Origin: Eledone cirrhosa
Taxonomy: Eukaryota
DNA length: 64,000 nucleotides
Direction of reading: 5' to 3'
Assembly: GCA_964016885.1 (NCBI GenBank)
Contig: OZ024746.1
Location: 99,510,001-99,574,000 of the forward strand
In this document: piece by piece, positions 41,442 through 55,000 of the stretch
Position numbering within the stretch: the stretch's first letter is position 1
How the letters are laid out: each line of letters starts with the position of its first letter
Position numbers and translations under genes: made by a program
Notes under the pieces: model-generated
Databases searched by the model: none
The model's input: only the letters and a program-made list of their open reading frames with translations
What the model was told of the DNA's origin: nothing

Positions 41442-43155
41442 AATCAACCAGATTCACATATCTCTCTATATATATTGACCACTCTCAGCCCTGTCATCTG
41501 ATTATAATATGCTTTCCTGAGGAGATATATGATCTGACCCCCCCCCCCCATTGTTTAAAGATCACATGTAAACCTATTCTGCCTTTCTTGTATTTTCCAG
41601 TATTTCAGATAATTGATTTTATTATAGTTATCTCTCCTGATTGTTATGTTTAGCTTTTAATTGTCTATAAAATGAGTTTTTGATCTACAAATTACTTGTA
41701 TAGTCTCCGTTAATGGAAGACTTTCAAGTGTAAATATTTCATGTGACTTTATGTCTCATGGCCGGTATACGACATTTGTTTAATTTTTATATTTACAGCT
41801 TCATGAAGTAACACAAACACTATGGCAGAAACGTTGGCTAGACCTTAAGCTACCATTTTGTAATGCACAGCTTCTTTATATACTCTCGGGTCCCAAATAA
41901 TACTTGGGGGGGGGGGGGGGGATTAAACAGGGTGTTGGACATTTGCTTAAATTCTTATAAGCGGGGATCGATAATTGTATAGTGTACGTTCGTAAATATG
42001 GGATTTCTTGTAATGTTATTTTTTTGTCATATATAATGTTTTTTAAACGTTAAATAAAATCATAATCAGATTCTCCAGCTGCTGTATCGATATGAATCAC
42101 TTACAATAAAATTTCGCCGGAGATAGATTAGCAGAAATTAATAAGCGGAATGATGGTAAACGATTATTCAAGACCTGAGAGTATTTTAGAGCAATCATAA
42201 TATAATAAGGGGAGGAGTGCGGGACTGCGTCCTGAATATATATTTTTTATCCCGTTAGTAAAATAAGTTGGATTACTTTGAATAAATAATGAATGAATAT
42301 TACATAATTTATCTACTAAATTTCGTAGCAGTTGATTAAACATAAATATTCTTATATATAATGATTGCTTATTTTAAGATTCACTTCTTTTTAAAAATGT
42401 TCCGTTAGCGTCCATTATATAACACTTATTACATCGCTTATATAAAAATTCATATATTTGCATCGTTATATAAGTTTTATATTTCCGTCACTAATTTTCT
42501 CCTAATGCAGTTTATATATATCATCTTTTTAAAATGTATCATGGATTACTTTACTGATTACAGAAGACAGTGTAACACAGTCTCTCTATAATTTCTGTGC
42601 AAATTGTCAATTACGATTTTATTTGACGTATTATATCTACATGCATATATTTTTGTGTATAAAATCAATATGCACACTACACATGCTAGCAGAAAACTTC
42701 CCGAGGGATGGGTTTTCTGCTAATTGTATTTAAAACACTTCATTTCTTTTAAAATCTCAAGTCCATGTATCACCACAGGCAAGTGCCTGAAAGAATAATA
42801 ACAAATTTTAAGAGATTTCCTAAAAATATATTTTGAAGAAAACATACATTAGTTAGTTACGAGTTAAAGGAGATCATGATACTGAGACTGACCTCTTTCC
42901 CCCACCTTGTCGTACTACTAACATTCCGAGGTCATCTTGCCGACTGCTGCAAACAAACATGCAATCAGATGACGCCAAAACATTGTTGTTAAACTGGTTT
43001 TGTGGTGCTTCGTTTATGTTGACCTTTAACGATTATAATTAAATCTATTTCGATTCAAGTGAGTAAATACGTGTACCTACTATACTTTGTTAGGAGACTT
43101 TTTTAACACGCTATCATTTCACTGCCTTCTCCGTATCATCCTTTCTCTATTCTCA

Positions 43156-43373
43156 GGGCGGTGGATTGACAGTATCGGTAGAGGGCCGGACGCCATGCTT
43201 TGCAGTATAGAGTTACGGCCCTTTATGATCTGAGTTCAAATTCCGCCGAGGTTATCTTTTCCTTTCGTCCTTACGGGGTCGTTAAATGATGCACCAGCCA
43301 CGCACTGGGGTCGATTTAATCGACATTCCCCTTCCCGAAAATTGTTGGCCTTGTGCCTAAATGAGAAACCATT
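43156..43373 (+). mobile_element. tRNA-derived SINE
   Basis: GGGCGGTGGATTGAC...GAGTTCAAATTCC...GGCCTTGTGCCTAAAT. Confidence 0.8.
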
Positions 43374-44359
43374 ACATAACAACTTTGATGGTTTTCGTTA
43401 TGGCAGATGATACTTAGGATGCGGTACAGTAGGAGATTGATCCAATGATAAATAGAAACATGTTTTTTAAAGTTAGACATTTGAGGAATCGTTCTAATAG
43501 ATAGGCTGAACAAATATTTCTGAAGCTGTTTATGTTGTCTTGGTTTCATGTCTCGCAGGTTATTTTGTTAAATGTTATATCAGATAAAAATAGATATCAT
43601 CTTTAACTTCCGTTCTGTGTAGGTGGGTTAAAATAATTTCTGCCAAAACATGTGACGATAAGTATCTGCAGCAGCAGCAGCAGTAGCACAGCCACCACTA
43701 CCCCCACCACCTAATTTGCATACTGTTTATTGCAGTCAAACAGCAAAGAGGTTGACAAGAACACAGGCATTAATAACATTATCAAGATATTGTAGATAAA
43801 GAAACTAGCTTGATCGCAACTTAAAATACTTATAGCGAGACTATATGTATGTTTATTATACATACACAAATATTGTTGGCCTTGTGCTTAGATCAGAAAC
43901 CATTATACATACATATTGTATGATGACTGCCTCCTCGTTATCGAGTATGGCCATTGCACGATATAACATTATCAATAATTATTAATTAATTCTATCGTGC
44001 AATGCCTGTGAGTGAAGATTATTTTTAAAGTGTGCGGAGACTGTGCACTGAGCCAATCCCACTCTCTGAGCGACAGTAGCTATAACCCGAAAAGAAGAAA
44101 AGATCAACATCATCGGTAACTACTGAGTCGCAGGTTTTATGTTGGAGTTATCCCAGTTTCCTGAGTTGCCTTCTCCTAGAAGAATGCCCTGACAAAGGCT
44201 AGGGGTCCTTTACTCCCAGTGGGTTAACCGCACAGTATATGTGTATATACATATTTACACATTTTTGGACGGGCGTTGGCTCTTATGAGTTCTTCCGCCC
44301 TTTGTCAGGTTTTGTTTTTTGTCCTGGTGATTTTGGACATATTATATATGGGTCTATAA

Positions 44360-44620
44360 TGAGCTTGGCTGGTCTCGCTTGGGGATTCAGTCGGATCAGT
44401 TGGAGACAGTTGCTTCTGACAGGAATCTCTGTAAAGGGTGTTTGGGGGCAGAACCCCCAAACACCCTCTCAGGAATAAGTGGGTGAAGATGTAGAAGAAA
44501 TTATATATATATATTATTTCCTTGCTATGAAGGAAGAAGAAGAAGAAGAAGAAGAAGAAGAAGAAGAAGAAGAAGAAGAAGAAGAAGAAGAAGAAGAAGA
44601 AGAAGAAGAAGAAGAAGAAG
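44360..44620 (+). mobile_element. RTE 3' end and long (GAA)n
   Basis: ATGAGCTTGGCTGGTCTCGCTTGGG...ATAAGTGGGTGAAGA matches 41278-41405. Confidence 0.7.
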
Positions 44621-44621
44621 A

Positions 44622-44750
44622 ATCTGTATATCTAAAACAGAGAATGTCTGTCTCTCTGTCTGACTCCCTAAAACTCAAGAACCACCCAACCGATTGTTTT
44701 CAGACTTTACACGTGTAATACTTATGGTCCTGTGAATGTTTTGAGCAAAA
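44622..44750 (+). mobile_element. Helitron-like 5' end
   Basis: A|TCTGTATATCTAAAA...TGTCTGTCTCTCTGTCTG...AACCGATTG; a similar end lies on the minus strand at about 34100-34210. Confidence 0.5.
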
Positions 44751-44777
44751 GATATATATAAAAAATATAATAGAAAT

Positions 44778-44874
44778 GGCTTCTACGGGACTAGAACTGT
44801 TTCGTTCGTAAAAAATCACCAGGAAAGCCCTGATGATTTCTTAAGAATGAAACATTTCTAGTCCCGTAGAAGCC
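44778..44874. ncRNA. Back-to-back divergent hammerhead pair (minus 44778-44829, plus 44830-44874), both damaged
   Basis: Minus: GGCTTTC CTGGTGA...GAAA CAGTTCTAGTCCCG TA GAAGCC. Plus: CTGATGA TTTCTTAAGAAT GAAA CATTTCTAGTCCCG TA GAAGCC. Same family as 48103. Confidence 0.7.
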
Positions 44875-45526
44875 ATTTCTATATTAAATTTTGTATATAC
44901 TATACTAATGTATTGAGTACTTGACTTACTGTGGTTACCCCAGATTGAACCTATTTCTTCTAAAGAAAGAGGGGGTGGGAGAAAGAGAGGGAGAGTCAGA
45001 ATAGGAGAGAGGGAAAGAGAGAGTGAGAGAAGTGAGAAAGAGATATAGCGGAAGAATCTACCCCAGTACTAGACTGGTACTTTTTTATCGAACTTGAATG
45101 GGTGAAAAGCAAAGTTGACGACAGCGGGATTTGAACTGAAAGAGCTAAGAACCGGAACAAATATAGCTCAGCACTCTACCCGACGTTGTAATAGTTTTGC
45201 CAATTCCCTACCTTAATGGCAGAAAGAAATCATATCCACACCGATGTTTTAAAAACCATAATAGAAATATTTATTTTTAAATATATTTTTTATTAGATTT
45301 CAGTTATTGTAACACATCCATTGAAATTCTTGAAATTCGATAGATTTGGAGAATAAAATTCGTGAAAGCTATTTCAATTAATTGCAGACGACAAAATATC
45401 TGTTGTATTTCAAGTGCAGAGATTCTGTTTTATACCAGCTGCAAATACCACAAATCAATATGTATTGTTTAAACTCCTACATACTTTTATACATACACGT
45501 GTATATATGCACACGCACGCACACAC

Positions 45527-45695
<169 letters not shown>

Positions 45696-45744
45696 TTTAG
45701 GAATAACCAAAGAGTGCTTAGAACTATATATATATATATATATA

Positions 45745-46000
45745 TAATACAATATGTTGAAAAGGTAACACAATAAAGAGAGATATAGTGCGCCATCAAT
45801 CAAAGAGGGAAAAACCACCACTGTATGGAATCTATAACCCATGGAAGGCAGAGTAGACACACGATAATTAAAAATATAAATTAATAGTATAAAAAGTATA
45901 AATAGGTTATAGATTCCATACACTGGTCGTTTTTCCCTGTTTTATTGATGGCGCACTATATCTCTCTCCAGTGTGTTACCTTTTCAACATATTGTATTAT
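45745..46000. repeat. Fold-back next to (TA)n
   Basis: TAATACAATATGTTGAAAAGGTAACAC...GGAATCTATAACC and its reverse complement. Confidence 0.85.
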
Positions 46001-46084
46001 AAAGAGCTCAGGATTCCTTCTCCTTTGAGCACATTATTGACAGGGAATAGCGAGAGTCTAAGGCTCCGTTAATTTATCGTGATA

Positions 46085-46167
<83 letters not shown>

Positions 46168-46330
46168 GAAGAATACGGTCTGATCCAACCTATATATGAG
46201 GTCTGATAGTATACAGTTATATAACTGCAATAGATAAGACAATATGATCGACTCTCCGAAACGATCGGAAAACAATGATATGAATAGTAACTTGACTTTG
46301 TTGTTTTTATTTTCATTGTTAATTCAATTC

Positions 46331-46372
<42 letters not shown>

Positions 46373-46633
46373 TATATAAATAAATATATACATATATATA
46401 TACATATATATATACATTAATAAATATATACGTATATATATACATATAGAGAATTTAGTATATCTACTAACATATGCGTACAGATGTACTCTAATGCTAG
46501 CAAATACACAGGTTATGTCATAGTACCTAGGTGGTTCAATGCAGGAGGATGCAGAACAATAATATAAAAGACGTAAAATAAGAAAATTTAAAAAAAATTT
46601 TAAAATTAAAAAAATTAACTTACTAAAATTTTC

Positions 46634-46715
46634 ACTCCAACTAATTAGTTTCTGCAATGGGATAAAGACAGTTACGTAATATAACTGTCGAGAATTCATT
46701 GCGTCATCAGGGAGT
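46634..46715 (-). ncRNA. Type I hammerhead with about 50-nt stem II
   Basis: Minus strand: ACTCC CTGATGA CGCAATG..GACAGTTA..TAACTGTC..CATTGCA GAAA CTAATTAG TT GGAGT. Confidence 0.82.
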
Positions 46716-47487
46716 CTATTCTCAGCTAAGTCTCCATGCAATGCGCGGACACTGGGGACTCATATAAAAATAATAATAATTCGGTAGATGGAACAGCTAG
46801 CGGGGACTGGATTCCATGTACTGAAAAGCTCGCTGTCTCTGGTCAAATGGCAGATTCTAAAGAATCAATCACGTGACACTGAGGCTAGTTGGTAGGGGTG
46901 GGATGGTAAGATGACAGGAGCCTACTATCACACCAATAAATTAGTAGTGGTTTTGGCAGGTTTGCTCAACAAACAAGTAATTTGGAGATAAATATAGAGA
47001 ATTTAGTATATCTACTAACATATGCGTACAGATGTACGCTAACTCTAGCAAATGCACAGGTTATCTCATAGTACCTAGGTGGTTCAATGCAGGAGGATGC
47101 AGAACAATAATATAAAAGACGTAACTTAAGAAAATTTAAAAAAATTTTTAAAATTAAAAAAATTAACTTACTTACTAAAATTTGTTAGTAGATATACTAA
47201 ATTCTCTATATTTATCTCCAAATTACTTGTTTGTTGAGCAAACCTGTCAAAACCACTATTAATTTATTGGTGTGATAGTAGGCTCCTGTCATCTTACCAT
47301 CCCACCCCTACCAACTAGCCTCAGTGTCACGTGATTGATTCTTTAGAATCTGCCATTTGACCAGAGACAGCGAGCTTTTCAGTACATGGAATCCAGTCCC
47401 CGCTAGCTGTTCCATCTACCGAATTATTATTATTTTTATATGAGTCCCCAGTGTCCGCGCATTGCATGGAGACTTAGCTGAGAATAG

Positions 47488-47569
47488 ACTCCCTGGTGAC
47501 GCAATGAATTCTCGACAGTTATATTAGGTAACTGTCTTTATCCCATTGCAGAAACTAATTAGTTGGAGT
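47488..47569 (+). ncRNA. Inverted partner hammerhead with A6G change (CTGGTGA)
   Basis: ACTCC CTGGTGA CGCAATG...CATTGCA GAAA CTAATTAG TT GGAGT. Confidence 0.7.
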
Positions 47570-47621
47570 GAAAATTTTAGTAAGTTAATTTTTTAAATTT
47601 TAAAAATTTTCTTATTTTACG

Positions 47622-47782
<161 letters not shown>

Positions 47783-48102
47783 TATATATACACATATATA
47801 TATTTAATTCTATCGAGCATGACTGACCCCCCACTGATTTTATAGACATCTGTTAGCTTAAGAGAAACTTATTGACAAGGAATGGTATGCCATCCGGAAC
47901 CTGTTTATAGAATTCTGTCTGCCTTTGTTACTCTAAAAACGTAAATAAATATAAATAAAAATAAAAATTAACTATAGCTTTGTAGAATTAGCTTTTAATG
48001 AATTCCCTTTTCTACCAACCAATGACCTGCACCCATCCCACTCCCCACCCTCTCCTACCACTTGTAGAGACCTATAAATACCATATTTATTTTTTGATAC
48101 CC

Positions 48103-48153
48103 AGATTCCTGATGATTTCTAACGAATGAAACAGTTCTAGTCCTGTAGAATCT
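48103..48153 (+). ncRNA. Intact type I hammerhead ribozyme
   Basis: AGATTC CTGATGA TTTC-TAAC-GAAT GAAA CAG-TTCTAGTC-CTG TA GAATCT. Confidence 0.88.
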
Positions 48154-48789
48154 CATCTATATTAAAACTGTTATACTCTGCTATGTATTGAGTACCTTAC
48201 TTACTGTGGTTACCTCCGATTCAACCCGGAATAACGTATATATATATATATATTGTTATACTTGGGGAGGGTCATATTTGCGTAATATTGCCAGAATTAA
48301 TAACAGAACACACTCACTGTTTGGTTGGTTTTCGCTTCTCGCTGTCTTTTATATCTGCGATCTAACTTACTCGGTCCTCAATGTTGCCATTGACTGACCG
48401 GCGGTCAAAAATAATACAGATACAATATAGACACAAACACACATATATATATATAGTTTACATAATTTACATAAATCTTTCGTTGCACATCTGCAACATC
48501 GTCAGTGGTGTTATATTCATTGTTCCTCCTGTTGTGTTGTATGTCTACGCCATTTTTTTTTATTCAGTCTGTCTATATATTTATTTATTTATTTGCTTGT
48601 TTGTTTATCTTATTTTATTTTGTCTTTTTTGCGCATGCGTTTGCGTGTGTGTATAGTGTTATGTGTGATGTGTGACTAGTGTGTATAGTGTTGTGTCTGC
48701 TGGGTGACTAGTGTGTGTTTATGTGCTTGTTGTTATTGTGCTTGTGTATGTATTTATTTATCTTATTTTATTTAATTTTATTTACTTAT

Positions 48790-49797
48790 TTATACTTCTC
48801 TTAGGTCAGTGTTGTTTGTTTGGGTGTTGTTGTTGTTCCACTCATTCTTTCTGTTTAGCTTTGGTCTTCTAATTTCTATTTCACTGGCCTCTCTGATTTG
48901 CCTATCTGCTGGGTCATTCCTATGTTTAGATATTATTCTAATTTCTATGTTGTCTATGTTACCGTCATGTTGTTGTCTAGCATGTTCGTATAGTACTGAC
49001 CCGTTTTTTCGTCCTTTTAGTTCCCCCCAGTGTTGGTCTATCCTTTCACCTATGCTACGAGCTGTCTCACCTATGTATGTTGTTGTCATGTTTCTGCAAG
49101 TACCCTCTGTACATCTTATGCTATAGACTACGTTTCTAGTTTTACAGTTTATCCGGGGGTTCACCTTACATATGATACACTTCCTATTGGTACAGTGGGT
49201 TTTCTTAAAAGGGTAGGTTTTGCTGATCAGGGATTTTATGGTGGTTCCTGGCTTTTCTACCACCTTTATTTTTAAGTGGGTCTTTCTCAGGGCCTTTCTA
49301 CACTGATTAGCTAATTTCCCTCCAGGGGTGGCGTCCACAAACATGACACTCTGATATCTCTGGTTGTCGTACCATGATGTGGCCTTCCCTATCTTATGTC
49401 TAGCCCTATCTAAGCTATTCCATGATTTGCTCCTGTATAGTGGGCAAATTCCTTTCATGTCCAGTTCTATGAGGGTCTTATACTTTTCCATGGCTCCTTC
49501 GTATACTCTGACTCTGTCTCTTTGGTTGTAGCCAGAGAACTGCATGCGGTTGATGAAGTGTTGGATGTGTCCTTCCATTTCTGTTGGGTCGCACATGCTG
49601 GACACATTCTTCATCACTCGTACCAAATCTGCGATCAGAATATTAAACTTAGCACTACTGGACATTGCTGAGTTTTTGAGTATCAGGTATTTGGAGGCCA
49701 TGGGTTTAGCATAGTGTGAGTGGAGAATTTGGGCTCTCTCGTCTATAGTGTTAATCCAGAGTTCTGTGTCTAATACAGGTAGTCTATTGTTAGGGTG
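48790..49797 (-). mobile_element. 3' half of a Penelope-like ORF: RT thumb, Cys-rich linker and GIY-YIG endonuclease (5'-truncated, still open)
   Basis: RLPVLD..HYAKPM..SGY..FVDATPGG..CTNRKCIIC..CKTRNVVYSIRC..YIGETARSIGERIDQH..RQIREA..LNRKNEW. The N-terminal 25 aa of the ORF-track entry come from an unrelated palindrome. Confidence 0.9.
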
Positions 49798-49809
49798 TAT
49801 ATACATACA

Positions 49810-50190
<381 letters not shown>

Positions 50191-50265
50191 GAAAACGAAA
50201 AATCAGTGATAAATCTGAACTCAATTTATTGTGTGTTACAATTATTTCTCCGGCGACAGCTCGAG

Positions 50266-50561
50266 ACAATGAAATAAAAAATGAAGTCATTAGAAATATA
50301 CTTCACTGCTTTACGATCGTTTCTAGGTGATGATAATACACCGTAACTATATTTCGATATCAATCTATGTAAGGTTAGTTACAAAATATCAGATAAAGAG
50401 AATATTTACTTACATTTACTTACATTCTCTTTATCTGATATTTTGTAACTATCCTTACATAGATCGATATCGAAGTATAGTTACGATATATTATCATCAC
50501 TTAGAAACGATCGTAAAGCAGTGAAGTATATTTCTAATGACTTGATTTTTTATTTCATTGT
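50266..50561. repeat. Palindrome whose arms each carry a hammerhead-like 3' half
   Basis: GAAA CGATCG TA AAGCAGTG on both strands. Confidence 0.75.
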
Positions 50562-50718
50562 TTTAACTTATATATATATATATATATAAATGAATTAATT
50601 CCGTCGGAAAAGTCCAGGAAAAAAGAGTACTCTATGTAGGTAACAGAGCTTAATAATTATGTAATAAACAACATAAGGCAATTATTTCATTTACCAGTCA
50701 ATAAATACACCAGGATTT

Positions 50719-50779
50719 TTTCATTCTGATGATTGAAAGCAAATTTTTTTTGCTTTTAAGAAACCACTGGTAAATGAAA
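50719..50779 (+). ncRNA. Intact type I hammerhead with 11-bp stem II, inside a small fold-back (50657-50807)
   Basis: TTTCATT CTGATGA TTGAAAGCAAA-TTTTT-TTTGCTTTTAA GAAA CCACTGG TA AATGAAA. Confidence 0.88.
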
Positions 50780-50804
50780 TAATTGCCTTATGTTGTTTAT
50801 TACA

Positions 50805-50842
<38 letters not shown>

Positions 50843-51009
50843 TATATAAATCAGGATTGATGCCAGTAAAATCCTGTTAGACCATTACACATCAGAGTAC
50901 TCGATGCTTGGAGAAGTAGAATGTGGTAATATGAAAGAATCGGGACCCTACGGTGAGCTCTTGTTGTTTCAACAGCAATGAGCTTTTGTTACACTCCCTG
51001 TTACACTCC

Positions 51010-51119
<110 letters not shown>

Positions 51120-51274
51120 CTTGCGTTATTTCGTTGACCATTCTTTTATTATCTATAAATTCTGTGGTATTTCAATTGTTGATATTTATTTCGTCAGAAA
51201 TATTAATATTAATGGACACTAACTGGAAATAAGCAAATAATATACTGCACACACACACATATATATATATATAT

Positions 51275-51316
<42 letters not shown>

Positions 51317-51332
51317 TGTATTTCAGTAGAAA

Positions 51333-51373
<41 letters not shown>

Positions 51374-52053
51374 TGTGTGTGTGTTTATATATATATATAG
51401 TGAGAGAGAAAGAGAGAGAATGGGTGAAAATGATTGGAAAGAGAAAGAAACAAATGAGATGAAAAATGGTTAATATTGAGAATAAATGTTATAGCTGTCA
51501 AAGATGAAACAGAAATTTATAAAGATGTCGAGATATGTCTCTGATGAAATGGTAGAGAGAGGGAAAAATAGTTGAAAAACAAAGAAGAAAGAGAGGTGAC
51601 AGCACAAGTGAAGTGTTATTAAAACATGACGGTTATACAGATAAGCGACAGAAGAGTGAGATACGTAAAGGGAGATAAATCAGTGACAGGTTCGCTAAAT
51701 ACCTTGTCGGGAGTGAATGTAAGCTAAAGTTGTTGTTGTAAAATAAGATATATGTCAATACAGGTAATTGTGTGTAACCACAGGTAGACAACTCGTGGTT
51801 AGTAACGGTGGGGGGTTAGAGAAACAGAGGTGGTGAGTTCAATACTGGTGAGTTAGAGTCGTGTAAACTAAAAATAGATACTTATTCGCAGCTTAGTGTG
51901 GACTAGTTTAATATATGATATAGACCAAGGGTCGACAACCTACAGAGAACTGGTGCCCAATGAGTTGTTTACTTAAATTTTTAATTTATTGTAATATGAG
52001 AGATGAGACTTTCGAATACAATAAAAAATCTGCTTTTACATTCTTCAACAAAT

Positions 52054-55000
52054 CTGATTCACTACCTAATGTACACCACCACTGATTCACTCTATCTAAT
52101 GTCCACCACACCACCACTGATTCACTCTATCTAATGTCCACCACACCACCACTGATTCACTCTATCTAATGTCCACCACACCACCACTGATTCACTCCAC
52201 CTAATGTCCACCACACCACCACTGATTCACTCCACATAATGTCCACCACACCACCACTGATTCACTCCACCTAATGTCCACCACACCACCACTGATTCAC
52301 TCCACCTAATGTCCACCACCACTGATTCACCCCACCTAATGTCCACCACCACTGATTCACTCCACCTAATGTCCACCACACCACCACTGATTCACTCCAC
52401 CTAATGTCCACCACACCACCACTGATTCACTCCACCTAATGTCCACCACCACTGATTCACTCCACCTAATGTCCACCACACCACCACTGATTCACTCCAC
52501 CTAATGTCCACCACACCACCACTGATTCACTCCACCTAATGTCCACCACCACGGATTCACTCCACCTAATGTCCACCACACCACCACTGATTCACTCCAC
52601 CTAATGTTCACCACACCACCACTGATTCACTCCACCTAATGTACACCACCACTGATTCACTCCACCTAATGTCCACCACCACGGATTCACTCCACCTAAT
52701 GTCCACCACACCAACACTGATTCACTCCACCTAATGTCCACCACACCACCACTGATTCACTCCACCTAATGTCCACCACACCACCACTGATTCACTCCAC
52801 CTAATGTCCACCACACCACCACTGATTCACTCTATCTAATGTCCACCACACCACCACTGATTCACTCCACCTAATGTCCACCACACCACCACTGATTCAC
52901 TCCACATAATGTCCACCACACCACCACTGATTCACTCCACCTAATGTCCACCACCACGGATTCACTCCACCTAATGTCCACCACACCACCACTGATTCAC
53001 TCCACCTAATGTCCACCACACCACCACTGATTCACTCTATCTAATGTCCACCACACCACCACTGATTCACTCTATCTAATGTCCACCACACCACCACTGA
53101 TTCACTCCACCTAATGTCCACCACACCACCACTGATTCACTCCACATAATGTCCACCACACCACCACTGATTCACTCCACCTAATGTCCACCACACCACC
53201 ACTGATTCACTCCACCTAATGTCCACCACCACTGATTCACCCCACCTAATGTCCACCACCACTGATTCACTCCACCTAATGTCCACCACACCACCACTGA
53301 TTCACTCCACCTAATGTCCACCACACCACCACTGATTCACTCCACCTAATGTCCACCACCACTGATTCACTCCACCTAATGTCCACCACACCACCACTGA
53401 TTCACTCCACCTAATGTCCACCACACCACCACTGATTCACTCCACCTAATGTCCACCACCACGGATTCACTCCACCTAATGTCCACCACACCACCACTGA
53501 TTCACTCCACCTAATGTTCACCACACCACCACTGATTCACTCCACCTAATGTACACCACCACTGATTCACTCCACCTAATGTCCACCACCACGGATTCAC
53601 TCCACCTAATGTCCACCACACCAACACTGATTCACTCCACCTAATGTCCACCACACCACCACTGATTCACTCCACCTAATGTCCACCACACCACCACTGA
53701 TTCACTCCACCTAATGTCCACCACACCACCACTGATTCACTCTATCTAATGTCCACCACACCACCACTGATTCACTCCACCTAATGTCCACCACACCACC
53801 ACTGATTCACTCCACATAATGTCCACCACACCACCACTGATTCACTCCACCTAATGTCCACCACCACGGATTCACTCCACCTAATGTCCACCACACCACC
53901 ACTGATTCACTCCACCTAATGTCCACCACCACTGATTCACTCCACCTAATGTCCACCACCACTGATTCACTCCACCTAATGTCCACCACCACTGATTCAC
54001 TCCACCTAATGTCCACCACCACTGATTCACTCCACCTAATGTCCACCACCACTGATTCACTCCACCTCATGTCCACCACCACCGATTCACTCTACCTAAT
54101 GTCCACCACACCACCACTGATTCACTCCACCTAATGTCCACCACCACCGATTCACTCCACTTAATGTCCACCACACCACCACTGACTCACTCCACCTAAT
54201 GTCCACCACACCACCACTGATTCACTCCACCTAATGTCCACCACCACTGATTCACTCCACCTAATGTCCACCACCACTGATTCACTCTACCTAATGTCCA
54301 CCACACCACCACTGATTCACTCCACCTAATGTCCACCACCACTGATTCACTCCACCTAATGTCCACCACCACTGATTCACTCCACCTAATGTCCACCACC
54401 ACTGATTCACTCTATCTAATGTCCACCACACCACCACTGATTCACTCCACCTAATGTCCACCACACCACCACTGATTCACTCCACCTAATGTCCACCACA
54501 CCACCACTGATTCACTCCACCTAATGTCCACCACCACTGATTCACTCCACCTAATGTCCACCACACCACCACTGATTCACTCCACCTAATGTCCACCACC
54601 ACTGATTCACTCCACCTAATGTCCACCACACCACCACTGATTCACTCCACCTAATGTCCACCACCACTGATTCACTCCACCTAATGTCCACCACACCACC
54701 ACTGATTCACTCCACCTAATGTCCACCACACCACCACTGATTCACTCCACCTAATGTCCACCACCACTGATTCACTCCACCTAATGTCCACCACACCACC
54801 ACTGATTCACTCCACCTAATGTCCACCACACCACCACTGATTCACTCCACCTAATGTCCACCACCACTGATTCACTCCACCTAATGTCCACCACACCACC
54901 ACTGACTCACTCCACCTAATGTCCACCACACCACCACTGATTCACTCCACCTAATGTCCACCACCACTGATTCACTCCACCTAATGTCCACCACCACTGA

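Noticed and set aside
41795-41855. AGCT TCATGA...GAAA CG...TA AGCT as a hammerhead
   Set aside because: Core and stems too degenerate to support.
42104-42173. Minus-strand AG...GTAAGT-bounded segment as another transporter exon
   Set aside because: Its only open frame (VLNNRLPSFRLLISANLSPAKFY) has no resemblance to SLC7 proteins.
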